Shown here: piece by piece, positions 13,585-26,100 of the stretch
Position numbering within the stretch: position 1 is the first letter of the stretch
How the letters are laid out: each line of letters opens with the position of its first letter
NCBI RefSeq assembly: GCF_009914755.1
Contig: NC_060926.1
Reading direction: 5' to 3' (one strand)
Source: the human T2T-CHM13v2.0 reference genome, Homo sapiens
DNA length: 64,000 nt
Translations under genes and position numbers: made by a program
The notes under the pieces: generated by a model
The model's database searches: none
What the model was told of the DNA's origin: nothing
The model's input: only the letters and a program-made list of their open reading frames with translations

Positions 13585-14175
13585 TTAGAAACCCACCTAT
13601 TTCAAACCATCTTCTAAAACAGCACTGTTAAAGACAACAGTGATTTCCCAGTTACCCAACTAGGAATGTTAGTTCTACCCCAGTGCTCACTTTCTCATCA
13701 GCAATTGACATGTCTCACCTCCAGTGGTTTTTCCCCAAATGAGATTTATCCTGCTAACTGTGTCTCAACACTATTATATTCATTCTCCATACTGCAGAGT
13801 CCCTGACACCCCTGAAAGACTTTATGTCCAAGATCATTTTATGGATAAGAGTCTGTCATGGTTTCCTAGATAGCATTGGGCAAAGTGCTATGAACTTGTT
13901 ATGCCATTGCAGAGAACAGGAAATGCTGCCTCACCTCCTCTGTACACCATTCCTTTGGGCAAATGCTTTCTCTTCTACTGGATTTTTATTTTCAACACCT
14001 GCTTGTTACATAAATTTGTCTGCAACTTACCTGTCTCTAATTTATTATTTTTATTTTTGTTTGCAGCCACTTAAAGGTTTTTTTGTTTTGTTTTTAAGTG
14101 GCTGCCAAAAACTTGTTTGTGTTTCAGAACTGAAGTTTCCAAGAGCACATAATAAAGTACTGAATAATCTTTAAT
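13585..14175 (+). mobile_element. degraded L2 fragments
   Basis: aaaacagcactgttaaagacaacagtgatttcccagttacc...tcagcaattgacat; 3' tail gcacataataaagtactgaataa. Confidence 0.45.
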
Positions 14176-14374
14176 GTAAAAAAACAATACCAACAACAGC
14201 ACAATGCAGATAACAGAGAGTCTACTTAGTTCATACCGCACAGATTCCTCTGTTAATTTTGATCAGTATACAAGACGTTGCATTAAAAGGGAAATTCTGA
14301 AGGAGACTGCTTTAAAGGAATCTTTCTTAACACTTACACTCTTCTCGTAATAAGAAATGTTTGATGAATCTGTT

Positions 14375-14495
14375 AACAACAGCACTTCATATTTTTATGG
14401 CACTTAACAGACCTTCAAGTGCCTTTATAGACATTATCTCATTTGATCCTAACAACCAATAGGGAGATAAGCCTTATTATCACCTTTGCCAGCTG
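14375..14495 (-). mobile_element. MIR fragment
   Basis: agtgcctttatagacattatctcatttgatcctaacaacc. Confidence 0.65.
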
Positions 14496-14626
14496 CTCCC
14501 ATTTTCTTTGAATATCTTTTCAATGGACAAACCAGTTTTTCTTCAGTGGAAAAGAGCACATTAGACATGGACATCCCTCTAGATCTCCTTTTCCATTTCT
14601 GTAGCAGCCCATTCAACTTTCCCTGA

Positions 14627-15172
<546 letters not shown>

Positions 15173-15309
15173 GTATAGATGCAAAGCTGTTGTCTTCAGA
15201 GAAAAAGGAGCAATTTAATTCCATTTTCTAAAAGAAGAAACTTTTACATACTAACCATCACTGCCCTTAGTGGTTCTTCTTTTAAGATAAACAATTTTTG
15301 TTCATTCAA

Positions 15310-15500
15310 ATAACAGTAACAATGTATTTATATGTTCATTTATACTTAAAGTATTTTCATACACATTATTTCTCAACTAAACTCTATTTTATAATTAGTA
15401 TCTCATTTTATAGGAATTGAGGCCCAGTCAGGTTAGGTTGCTGGCTGCAGATTATACAATTTAATAACGTTAGGTTTCTGGCTACAGATTATAGTTTGCG
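15310..15500 (-). mobile_element. MIR fragment
   Basis: tattttcatacacattatttc...tctcattttataggaattgaggcccag. Confidence 0.55.
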
Positions 15501-15569
15501 GTATGTTTGCAGTGGGGAGAAGGGAGGAGGTGTACTCCACCTCTCATCCGCTATTCCCCTTTCCTTCCT

Positions 15570-15739
15570 CTGGCTATTTGGAGTGTGGTCCATGAGTACA
15601 CAGAATCTGCAGCATTACCTGGAAACTTGTTAAAAATGCAGAATCCCAGGCCATTTCCAAGATCTACTGGCTCAGAATCTGCATTTTAATAACTTGTCTA
15701 GGTGATTTAGACTCTCATTAAGGTTTGAAAAAATCCCTG
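15570..15739. mobile_element. MER5A1
   Basis: gtgtggtcc...gcattacctggaaacttgttaaaaatgcagaatcccaggcc...tcagaatctgcattttaa...aggtgatt. Confidence 0.8.
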
Positions 15740-16005
15740 CTTTATACCAAGCTACCTCTTGGATATCTTTAGTCCTGTATTTTGTGGTGTCTTTTTACAA
15801 ATATATTGCACGTATTGATGTCATGAGGGATACTCTTTCAGCGTTCTTGCCTGTAAGATTTCCTTTGAAGTTTATTTCCCAGTCTTTTCACTGTTACTCA
15901 GGGCACTTTCTCCCCAGCTCTCCTACTGCACTGGGAATGAATCTATGATCATTTTATGCTGCTTTGAATTTTGCAGGTACAAGAGCTATGGGGGACCCAG
16001 GGAAG

Positions 16006-16264
16006 ATTAATGTTATAATTATTATAATTATATATTATATTATATAATTATATATTATATATATAATTATATAATATATAATATAAATATATAATATAAA
16101 TATATAAAAATATATAGAAATAAATATATATATAAATAAACATATATATTTATATATAAAATAAATATAAAAATATATAAAAATAAATATATATAAATAT
16201 ATATTATATATATTATAATTTTATATATATATATTATAATTATAATTATATTAATGTCATAATT
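16006..16264. repeat. AT-rich (TA)n-derived low-complexity tract, imperfect palindrome
   Basis: ~260 bp almost exclusively A/T. Confidence 0.95.
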
Positions 16265-17409
16265 TTCCTCTTTTTTCTGAGCCGGAGGGTATAACCTAGG
16301 AAAATGCCAGTCAGACCCTTTTTAAAATTTAGATTCTCAGTGGATCTTGCCGAACTCTTGTTCGTTATTATCATTGTTCACAGTCCATAAGAGGACTTCG
16401 GGGATCTCATGCAGTAACGTCTTTCCTAATAGGTATTCTCTCTACAAACTTAAATTGAAAAGGTTCCTAGTGATATGCATTGTACTTTAGTGAGCTCTGC
16501 TTCCCTAATGAGTTCTTAACCTAAGGAAGTCTCAGAGAAGGCAGAAAGAAGTATGGTGGATGCTGCAATTGAAAGCTTGACTCCCTCTCATGGTTGCTGC
16601 AGTTGAAAGAAACAAACAGGCTGTTTTCTGAATTCAAGGCTCTGCTGAAGTGTTGCAGCAGTGTAGGAAGAGGTCCTGATGTCTTGTCTTATGATCTACT
16701 GTGCAGTTTCTGTGACATGCCAGACTCAGTGCCCTCAACTTGCTTCACTTACTGCCCTTTTATATCTGTCTCCACCCCCGTATTTTCCCAGACTTAGAGA
16801 GTTAATGAATTTATGCTCCTGTTTGGGGAAAAATACACAAAACCCCAGCTATGATCCTAAAGTTAATTTTTAACTTTCCTTTGACTAGGAACTATGTGCA
16901 TGCCAACTCTGTTTGATATGAGAAAGTAAATGTGGTTAGGAATATAGCTACATTCTTAAAGAAACATACAAATGCATATCATATCTTTAAAAATACAAAA
17001 ACAAAGCAATACACAGCATCCCTCATTTAAACCCCTACCACTCTTTCTTTATAGCTCTCATGGGGCAGTTATCTTTTCCCTTGTGTTCTAGTATATATTT
17101 ATTCTTTTTACTTGATTATAAGCTGCTTGGAGTATCTTATTCATCTTTGTGTTTCTTAAGGTGTTTAGATCAGTGCTTTTCCCATACCACAGAGTCTCAC
17201 TGGGGTCAATGCATATGTCAAATTACATAATGGAGGGAAGGAGAAATATGAGTCAGGGCGTTTGGGCTCTATCCTCATTTCAGACACGGAACAGAAAGAA
17301 CAACTTGGAGGGAGCAATCAACATCTCCAGGTTTTGTTTCTCATTGGCAAAATGTAGGCATAGGAAAGAAAGATCTTTCAAATCCTTTCTAATACCATGA
17401 TTTTAGCAT

Positions 17410-17640
17410 TCTGAGTTTGAGATGAGGAGACAGCCATGTAGATTTTCAGGTGAGATGGCAGGCTTAATGATATGCATTTGGGGGTCATTGGCATAAGGGT
17501 CTTAATTAAGCCACAAGAGAGGATGAGATCTTACAAAAAGTATGTAGGGTAAGGAATAGTTTAAGGTGGAACTCCTGTCGAACAACTTGTAAAGGACAAA
17601 TACATAGATTGAATCCTGTGATGATGACTCATAGATAATA
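17410..17640 (-). mobile_element. L2 fragment
   Basis: gatatgcatttgggggtcattggcataagg...gccacaagagaggatgagatc. Confidence 0.55.
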
Positions 17641-17959
17641 TTGGATGGGTAGAACAAATAACATGGATAGAGTGTGGTCAGAGAAGACTTACCTTCCCTC
17701 CTGCGGGAAGGCAGCTTACAAGTTTGGCTGGGTAGTTCTCTAAGGATGGGATGATCCAATGCTACTTCCTCAGCATTGCTTGACTCTCACACTCTCTGTT
17801 TTCTTCTCCATCCCCTCCAGGATTGAAGAAGGTACTAAATGTGGTGTGGGTATTCTACTTCTTGTTCATTTTTATTTGTTTTCATAAATTAAACTTTTAT
17901 AAATGATATAGTTTTATAAAATAGGAAATTGATGTTAAAATCTTTCTTCTGCAAATGTA

Positions 17960-18390
17960 TAGCTAAAGCCCAAACTCCTTTATATGGTATCAGAGGATCT
18001 TCACCATCTGGTGTTTTTCCTTCAGCCTTTTTAAGGCTCAAGTTCTGTCAGTCCCAATCCAAAAATCATCTTACGTGAGCAATGCCAGATGATGATCAAT
18101 CCACAGATATACCATATTCTTGTGCCGTAGTGTGTCTTTGATTATTTTGCCTCCCTACCTAGCCTAGCTTGCTCACTTTTTCTTTTCTTGGCAAATGTCT
18201 ATCAGTGTTTAAAACACACCTCAAACATTTCTTTTTTGGGTTATCCTCCTTCTAGGTCATTTTGTAGCTCTCACATTTGTTCCGGTAGCACTTTTGGACA
18301 TCCTGCCATTTTCTCTTTCATCTTAGCCCATTATTTTAAAGCATGTTTACCTACCGCACTAAGCTGAGTCCATGATGGGTTTATTGTCAC
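17960..18390 (+). mobile_element. L2 fragment
   Basis: aaagcccaaactcctttatatggtatcagaggatcttcaccatctgg...ttggcaaatgtctatcagtgtttaaaacacacctcaaac. Confidence 0.55.
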
Positions 18391-19630
18391 CGCATCATGG
18401 GTCAAATTTAGAGTGAAATTTTTGGGTAAAGGTTTATATTCATATATCTTGCTCTTTTTTTTTTTTTAATCAACTGAATTCCACACACATTTAGTAAGCT
18501 TCTCTCATATTCCTTGTCCTGTGCTGTAAGGAAATAGGAGTGGGTTAAGTCTTGGCAACTGACCACCAACAGTAACTTGGTAAAAATTACATTTCTTCCT
18601 GATCCATAGCAAATGTCCAAAGGCACACAGAGGAGGAATATCTCTGACATGCCCTCTGATTTTATTCCTGCTTAATTTCTGATATCGAACATGTTAACAA
18701 GATTCTAGGTAGTACGTATTTGTTAGAACATTCTGCTATCCTGTTAAAGTTTACCTTCATTAATTTCTTGTAAAGTGCTCAAAGAGGTGAATAAATCTAC
18801 ACCATGTTTGAGTTGCCTTCAATCCCATAATTAACTAGCACACTGCATCACACATAGAGTCAAAAAAACTTTTAAAATTAATAAATAACCTTTTTCCACA
18901 AAAATGTATTTATCAACCAGTACTCTACAAAGTAACTTAAGGCAGGTACAAGAAAATAAAAATTCTAGGGCTAAAGTAATATATTTTGTACAAATGTTAT
19001 TTCCACAATTAGAATGTAAGCTAACTTTGATTTTTCTTTCAGTCACTTATCTCAAATATTTGAAGAAGTTAACTAGAATAACATCCTAGGCAAGATAGTA
19101 ACAAATACCTCTGGTTTCTTTTAATAGCTGCCTCCATTTTTTGGTTACAGCTACAACCAATAGTCTCTTTGGTCTAGTTTGCCTGTTTGGTTGTCAATTA
19201 ACCCAAGTCAAAACTATAGGCAATATTTCACCTCCAGTGTTTCTGCTTTTGCTGATTTTTTTTTTTTTTTTGCCAAAATACATAGATTTCTCTAAAGATT
19301 AGATGTCATTTCTATTGGATCTAAGTAAGCCTTACTGTAACTTCCTATAGTTTGAATTCTTGGCTGCTGCTTAATTTCTTCAAATTCCAGGGAAGGGTTT
19401 TCCACTGCCTTTTCAATACCCTTATTATCACAGAGAATTTAAACTCCTTGCACCTTTTCTTTCAAGCAATGGAAAGAGACTAAGAAAAACATGGCACAAA
19501 GCACATTGGTTTGAAATTATATATTTACAAATGTCTATCTCCAGAGTATAAATGTTCTCCCTTTTATATTTTTATCTGAGGTAGCTGTTAAAAGAAATTA
19601 CCACAAAATGAGTAATTTATAAACCTTGAA

Positions 19631-19806
19631 TTCAAGGTACCATCTTGGAAGCAGAGACTGAGCCTTCCTCAGACACTGAACCTACTGGTGCCTTGTTCTT
19701 AGACTTCCCAGCCTCCAGAACAGTTAGAAATACATTTATATTGTTTATAAATTACTCATTTTGTGGTAATTTCTTTATAGCAGCACAGCACAAATGGAAT
19801 AGGACA
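19631..19806 (+). mobile_element. MSTC/MSTD MaLR LTR, 3' half only
   Basis: ttcaaggtaccatcttggaagcagagactgagcc...gacttcccagcctccagaacagttagaaatac...atagcagcac...aggaca; 5' half absent. Confidence 0.8.
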
Positions 19807-19831
19807 AATTCTTCAGAAAACTCTCAGGTTT

Positions 19832-20213
<382 letters not shown>

Positions 20214-20275
20214 TCAGCACATCAATTATGTGCCAAATACTATGACAGCTACCTCAGATAAAAATAGTGGACATA

Positions 20276-20586
20276 GGCCGGGCGCATTGGCTCACACCTG
20301 TAATCCCAGCACTTTGGGGGGCCAAGGTGGGCAGATCACCTGAGATCAGGAGTTTGAGACCAGCCTGGTCCAACATGGTGAAACTCCATCTCTACTAAAA
20401 TTACAAAAATTAGCTGGTCATGGTTGTGGGCGCTTAGAATCCCAGCTACTTGGGAGGCTGAGTCAGGAGAATTGCTTGAACCGGAGAGGCGAAGATTGCA
20501 GTCAGCCGAGATTGTGCCACTGCACTGCAGCCTGGGCGATAGAGTGAGATTCCATCTCAAATAAATAAATAAATAAAATAAAATAA
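20276..20586 (+). mobile_element. AluSx-type
   Basis: Full Alu with (TAAA)n tail. Confidence 0.9.
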
Positions 20587-20587
20587 G

Positions 20588-20687
20588 TAATAGATATACT
20601 GCACATAAGCAAAAGCTTCTTGGAGTTCTTGGTAACTTTTAAGAGTGTGAGGGTTTCTTGACACTAAAACATTTGAGAATCACAGGT
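20588..20687 (-). mobile_element. Charlie1-type hAT terminal fragment
   Basis: cacataagcaaaagcttcttggagttcttggtaacttttaagagtgtgagggtttcttgacactaaaacatttgagaatcac. Confidence 0.65.
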
Positions 20688-20989
20688 CTGGAATGTCACT
20701 CATAGCTTGGCACTACCTAACTTTCCAAGTCACTTACCTAACTTTCCACGCCAACCTTCTCTCTCTCAGCAATGACATTTTCAGTCCCTCATCCTATTCC
20801 CTTCCAACACAGGTCACTGACGGAAACTCTCTTTCTAACCCTCTGTATCCAGTAACCTTGAAGACATTTTCTGATTTCATTATTCCAGTTGCCATTTCCT
20901 TAGTCAAGCCTTTCCTAATCTTCTTAACTAGGTCAAATTTACTATAATAGAGACTCATAGCTTTTCTATCTCGAATTCATTGTCATGGT

Positions 20990-21156
20990 TATAATTTTAC
21001 ATATGTTTCTGACATGTAGATAATATCTGAAGGCCCACTAACTAAAATGCCATGAGATCAGCACTCTAGTCTGTTTCTGTTCAGTACTGAAGCTCCACTG
21101 CCTAGCATAGCACCTGGTGCCTAGTAGAAATGCATGGAACAATTAAAATGAATGAG
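20990..21156 (+). mobile_element. L2a 3' end
   Basis: ccactgcctagcatagcacctggtgcctagtag...aaatgaatga. Confidence 0.7.
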
Positions 21157-22419
21157 CAGAAATTGTCACAGGTACAACAGTCTTATCTAAACACGTAGTG
21201 TTACAAAGAGTGGAAGTAATATACAAAAAGAAAGCCCAGAGATTCTCAAGGTAGACTCTAATTTTACGAATATTTGGACAGAAAAAGGGTGTAAATGGTC
21301 CACCTAGAAGGGAAAATGAGGTGAGTAGGGCCCAGGGATAGAAAAGCACCAATTTGGAAACAATATTTAGCAAGAAGTGAGAGTATCCATAAGGGAGTAG
21401 TAGGAGATATGATTAGTAAGACAATCAAAAGTTCAGGCTTTTGAATGTCAACCTCAGACATTTGGGCTTCAAACCATAGATATGGGGAACCCAATAAATG
21501 CCTGTGGAAAGGATTGGCAGGAAAAATATTGCATGTTGGGCATATTCTTCTACTAGAAGTATGGAACACAGATTAGAACGGGGGTGGTGAGACTCATTGG
21601 GGAGCTACCTGGACTTCCACATAAAATTCCTTTGAATGACTTGTGGCCACACAAAATCTGTTTTCAGAGACCCAGGGACAACATATGTGGTACTGGGATA
21701 AATATTTTAAAATAGCGAAGCTGTAATAAAATGAGCTTTTCTCCTTAGTCTTCCAAGTTATTTCCTGATGTTGAAAAGTGTTTTTATAATACAGAGTGTG
21801 GACAAATTATGTCTTCCAATGTCCAGTAGAATGGTTCTGGGAACTCAGTTTTCTATCATGGTGGGAGTGATGCGTGTTACCCAGGTTTGCATGACCTGGC
21901 CTGGGAAGCTGCAATTGTGCACCTGGTCATGGGTTGTGTGATGTGTTTCATCCCTTTATGGTGCATTCACCAACTGGGTTGTAAACGCCTTCACTTCAGA
22001 TTGAAATTTTATATACTTGGCATCATGTTACAACCAAAACTTCAATAACTTGAACTGACATGAAAGGTGAAACTATTTTTTTTCATTTTCTCTTAAACAA
22101 GTTTATAGTTGTTTGCCTCAAGGAATCACAACAACCATAAGCTCTATAAATGGTTGTTCTACAGATAGAGCATGTGAGCTTAGTCTGTTTTAAAAATCAA
22201 ACAAATGAAAACATGGAGCCTTATGCCCTAGAACTTTGCTAATAATTTTCCACGTGGGCTTTCCTAGAACTGAAAGTGAATACATGGATGGGAACTCTGA
22301 TAAGAAAAGCCTTCAGAATTATGGGGAAAAATACATATCCTTTACTATAAATGGAAGAACGTTAAAATTCGTCATCTTTTAAGATGCCAGAATGCATTTG
22401 CTACATCCGACTGGTGAGA

Positions 22420-22624
22420 ACTACCATTTATTCATTGCATAGTCAGGGTTGGCACTATATTGGGTCCTTTAAATATATTCATTCTCCAATTAAATTCTCA
22501 TAAAACCCTGGGTAGTGGTAGTTTATCTCCATTAAAGGAATGATGATTCTTAGACTTAAAAAATTTAAGTAACTTTCCTAAGTTCACACAGCTAATTAGT
22601 GTTGGAGATGGGCTTTTCTGACCC
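22420..22624 (-). mobile_element. MIRb
   Basis: taccatttatt...taaattctcataaaaccctg...ttaagtaactttcctaagttcacacagcta. Confidence 0.75.
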
Positions 22625-22704
22625 ACTCATTCACTCACAAAAGACTATGGAGAACCACTAGTGAACAAGAGCCCTATTCTCATGGAACTTATTATATTCT
22701 ACAA
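22625..22704 (-). mobile_element. L2a 3'-end fragment (host of MER1B)
   Basis: cactcattcactc...agtgaacaagagccctattctcatggaactta...ttcta. Confidence 0.6.
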
Positions 22705-22869
22705 CAGCGGTCCCCGACATTTTTGGCACCAGGGACCAGTTTCATGGAAGACAATGTTTTCACAGACAGAGGGGTTTAGTGGAGGGATGCCTCATGGATG
22801 AAACTGCTCCACCTCAGATCATCAGGCATTAGTTAAGATTCTTATAAGGAGCATGCAACCTAGACCTCT
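22705..22869 (-). mobile_element. MER1B, 3' half
   Basis: cagcggtccccgacatttttggcaccagggacc...ccacctcagatcatcaggcattagttaagattcttataaggagcatgcaacctaga. Confidence 0.9.
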
Positions 22870-23016
22870 AGATTCCATGGTCATGGATAGGAAGAATCAA
22901 TATTGTTAAAATGGCCATACTGCCCAAAGCAATTTGCAAATTCAACAGTATTCCTATCAAACTACCAAAGTCATTTTTAACTTAATTAGAAGAAGTTATC
23001 TAAAATTCATATGGGA
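22870..23016 (+). mobile_element. L1 (L1P4/L1PB-age) ORF2 fragment
   Basis: ttccatggtcatggataggaagaatcaatattgttaaaatggccatactgcccaaagcaattt ([18 protein letters not shown]). Confidence 0.85.
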
Positions 23017-23137
23017 TAATTAATCCCAAATGCTCTCATGTGGAGCAAGGAGATCTGAAGAAGTCTCCTTACCTTGGGAAGTTATCTTGCCCACTCTCCT
23101 CCTGTGCCGTATCCTCTATTCAAAAATATTAAACCTA

Positions 23138-26100
23138 GGAATCCCAAGAGGACCCACAGACCCTCTGAAGGAAGCCGACTGCTCCTGCACGACCTGGGGG
23201 ACACCCCAAGTACTGTGAGTACCCAAACTGCAGAAGTGGGCAAGGGAGATCCTCTGCTCCTGATCACACACCCACCCCCGGGGAAACTGAAAGTCTAGTT
23301 TGCAGGAGAAGTTTCTGACCGTATGGGGAGCTGAGTCACTTTAGAGACCCGAGCGAAATACAGGGGTAGAGGTAGCAGCAGGAAAGGCCTGGGAGCTCAC
23401 CGCATCCCTAAGCAGGCCATTCCTGCCTGGCACCACAGGGATCCTTCAGGAGGGTGGCCAGAGGTGCAGGGTAAAATGCCACAGGGAGAAGCAAGTCTCC
23501 AGCTGAACCTTGTAACAATTTGAACTCAGCAAGAAGCCTCCTGACCAGAACTCTAGAAAGGGTGCGAATCCAGCATGCAGACTCCACAGGTGGAGGAAGA
23601 ACCAAAGCCCTTTTCTTTCCCAGCTGGGAGGTGGGTAGCCTGGGGCAAGTTCTCAAGCCCTGATCGTCACTGCCTGGAAATAGACTCGGTGCTGTTGGGT
23701 GGGGTGACACCTTGGGAGTGAGACTGGCCCTTCCGATTGCATGGGAGCTGGGTAAGGCCTGTGACTGCCAGCTTTCCCCAACTTCCCTGATAACCTGCAT
23801 GACTCAGCAGAGGCAGCCATAATCCTCCTAGTTATATAACTCTATTGATCTGGGAACCTCAGCCCCCATCCCTGACAGCAGCCGCAGCAAGATCTGCCCA
23901 GAGAGTCTGAGCTCATAGACGTCTAGCTCCGCCTGCACCTGATGTTCCTTCCCTACCCACCCTGGTAGGGGAAGACAAAGGGCATATACTCTTGGGAGTT
24001 CTGGGGCTCCACCCACCATCCATTCTCTATACTACCACTGCTGATGCTCTCTGGAAAGCGCCACCTCCTGGCAGGAGGCCAACCAGCACAAAAATAGAAC
24101 ATTAAACCACCAAAGCTAAGAAGCCTCACAGAGTCCATTTCACCCCCGAGCCATGTCCACCAGAACAGGTGCTGGTATCCACAGCTGAGATACCCGTAGA
24201 CAGTTCACAACACAGGACTCTATGCAGACAACTCTGAGTACCAGTCCAGAGTTGGGAAGACTTGCTGGGTGGCTAGACACAGAAGAGAGATAACAATCAC
24301 TGCAGCTCAGTTCACAGGAATCCACATCTGTAGGAAAAGAGGGAGAGTACTATATCAAGGGAACATCCGGTGGGACAAAAGAATCTGAAAAACAGCCTTC
24401 AGCACTAGACCTTCCCTCTGACAAAGCCTAAGCAAATGAGAAGGAACCAGAACATTAACTTTGGTAATATGACAAAACAAGGCTCTTTAACCTCCCCCCA
24501 AAATCACACTAGTTCGCCAGCAATGGATCCAAACCAAGAAGAAATCCCTGATTTACCTGCAAAAGAATTCAGGAGGTTAGTTATTAAGTGAATCAGGGAG
24601 GCAGCAGAGAAAGGCAAAGCCCAAAGCAAACAAATCCAAAAAACGATGCAAGAAGTGAAGAAAGAAATATTCAAGGAAAAAGCATAAAGAAAAAATCCTC
24701 AGGAAACATTGGACACACTTATAGAAATGCAAAATGCTCTGGAAAGTCTCAGCAGCCTTGCTAGAGACCTAGATATCCAAATACAAGAAGCACAAAGAAC
24801 ATCTGGGAAATTCATCACAAAAAGGTCATCACCTAGGCACATTTTCATTGGGTTATCTAAAATTAAGAAGGAAAGAATCTTAAGAGCTGTGAGACAAAAG
24901 CACCAGGTAACCTATATATGAAAACCTATCAGGTTAACAGCAGATTTCTCAGTAGGAACCCTACAAGCTAGAAGGGATTGGGGCCCTATCTTCAGCCTCC
25001 TCAAGCCAATTATCAGTCAAGAATTTTGTTTCCAGCAAAATTACGTATCACATATGAAGGGAAGATACAGTCTTTTTCAGACAAACAAATGCTGTGATAA
25101 TTTGCCACTACCAAGCCCCCACTATAAGAACTGCTAAAAGGAGCTCTAAATCTTGAAACTAATCCTGGAAACACATCAAAACAGAACCTCTTTAAAGCAT
25201 AAATCACACAAGACCTATAAAACAAAAATACAATTTAAAAAGCAAAAACAAAAAACAAAAACAAGTTACACAGGCAACAGAGAGCACAGTGAATGCAATG
25301 GTATCTCACATTTCAATACTAACATCAAATGTAAATGACCTAAATGCTCCACTTAACAGATACAGAACTGCAGAATGGATAAGAACTCACCAACCAACTA
25401 TCTGTTGCCTTCAGGAGACTCACCTAACATATAAGAACTCACATAAACTTAAAGGGGTGGAAAAAGGCGTTTCATGCAAATGGACACCAAAAGTGAGCAG
25501 GGGTAGCTATTATATCAGACAAAACAAACTTTAAAACAGTAGCAATTAAAAGAGACAAAGAGGGACATTATATAATGGTAAAAGGCCTTGTCCAACAGGA
25601 AAATATCACAATCCTAAACATATATGCACTTAACACTGGAGATCCCAAATTTATAAAACAATTACTAATAGACCAAAGAAATGAGATAGACAGCAACACA
25701 ATAATAGCAGGTGGCTTCAATAGTCCACTGACAGCACGAGACAGGTCATCAAGACAGAAAGTCAACAAATAAACAATGGATTTAAACTATACCTTGTAAC
25801 AAACAGACTTAATATATATACAGAAAATCTCATCCAACAACTGCAAAATACACATTCTATTCAACAGCGCATGGAACTGTCTCCAAGATAGACCATATGA
25901 TAGGCCACAAAATGAGCCTCAATAAATTTAAGAAAATTAAAATTATATCAAGCACTCTCTCAGATCACAGTGGAATAAAGCTGGAAATCAACTCTGAAAG
26001 GAACCTTCAAAACCATGCAAATACATGGAAATTAAATAACCTGCTCCTGAATCATCATTTGGGCAAAACCAAAATCAAGATGGAAATTTAAAAATTCTTA

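Noticed and set aside
17440-17455. Recursive-splice-like ttttcag|gtgaga
   Set aside because: Very short pyrimidine tract and located inside an L2 fragment.
17790-17837. Strong acceptor followed by an 11-nt microexon candidate
   Set aside because: Weak donor (gtacta), not frame-preserving, and no host gene evident.
23050-23090. Hammerhead ribozyme (ctgaaga matches CUGANGA)
   Set aside because: No stem II followed by GAAA in the required geometry; the motif sits in a hairpin loop.
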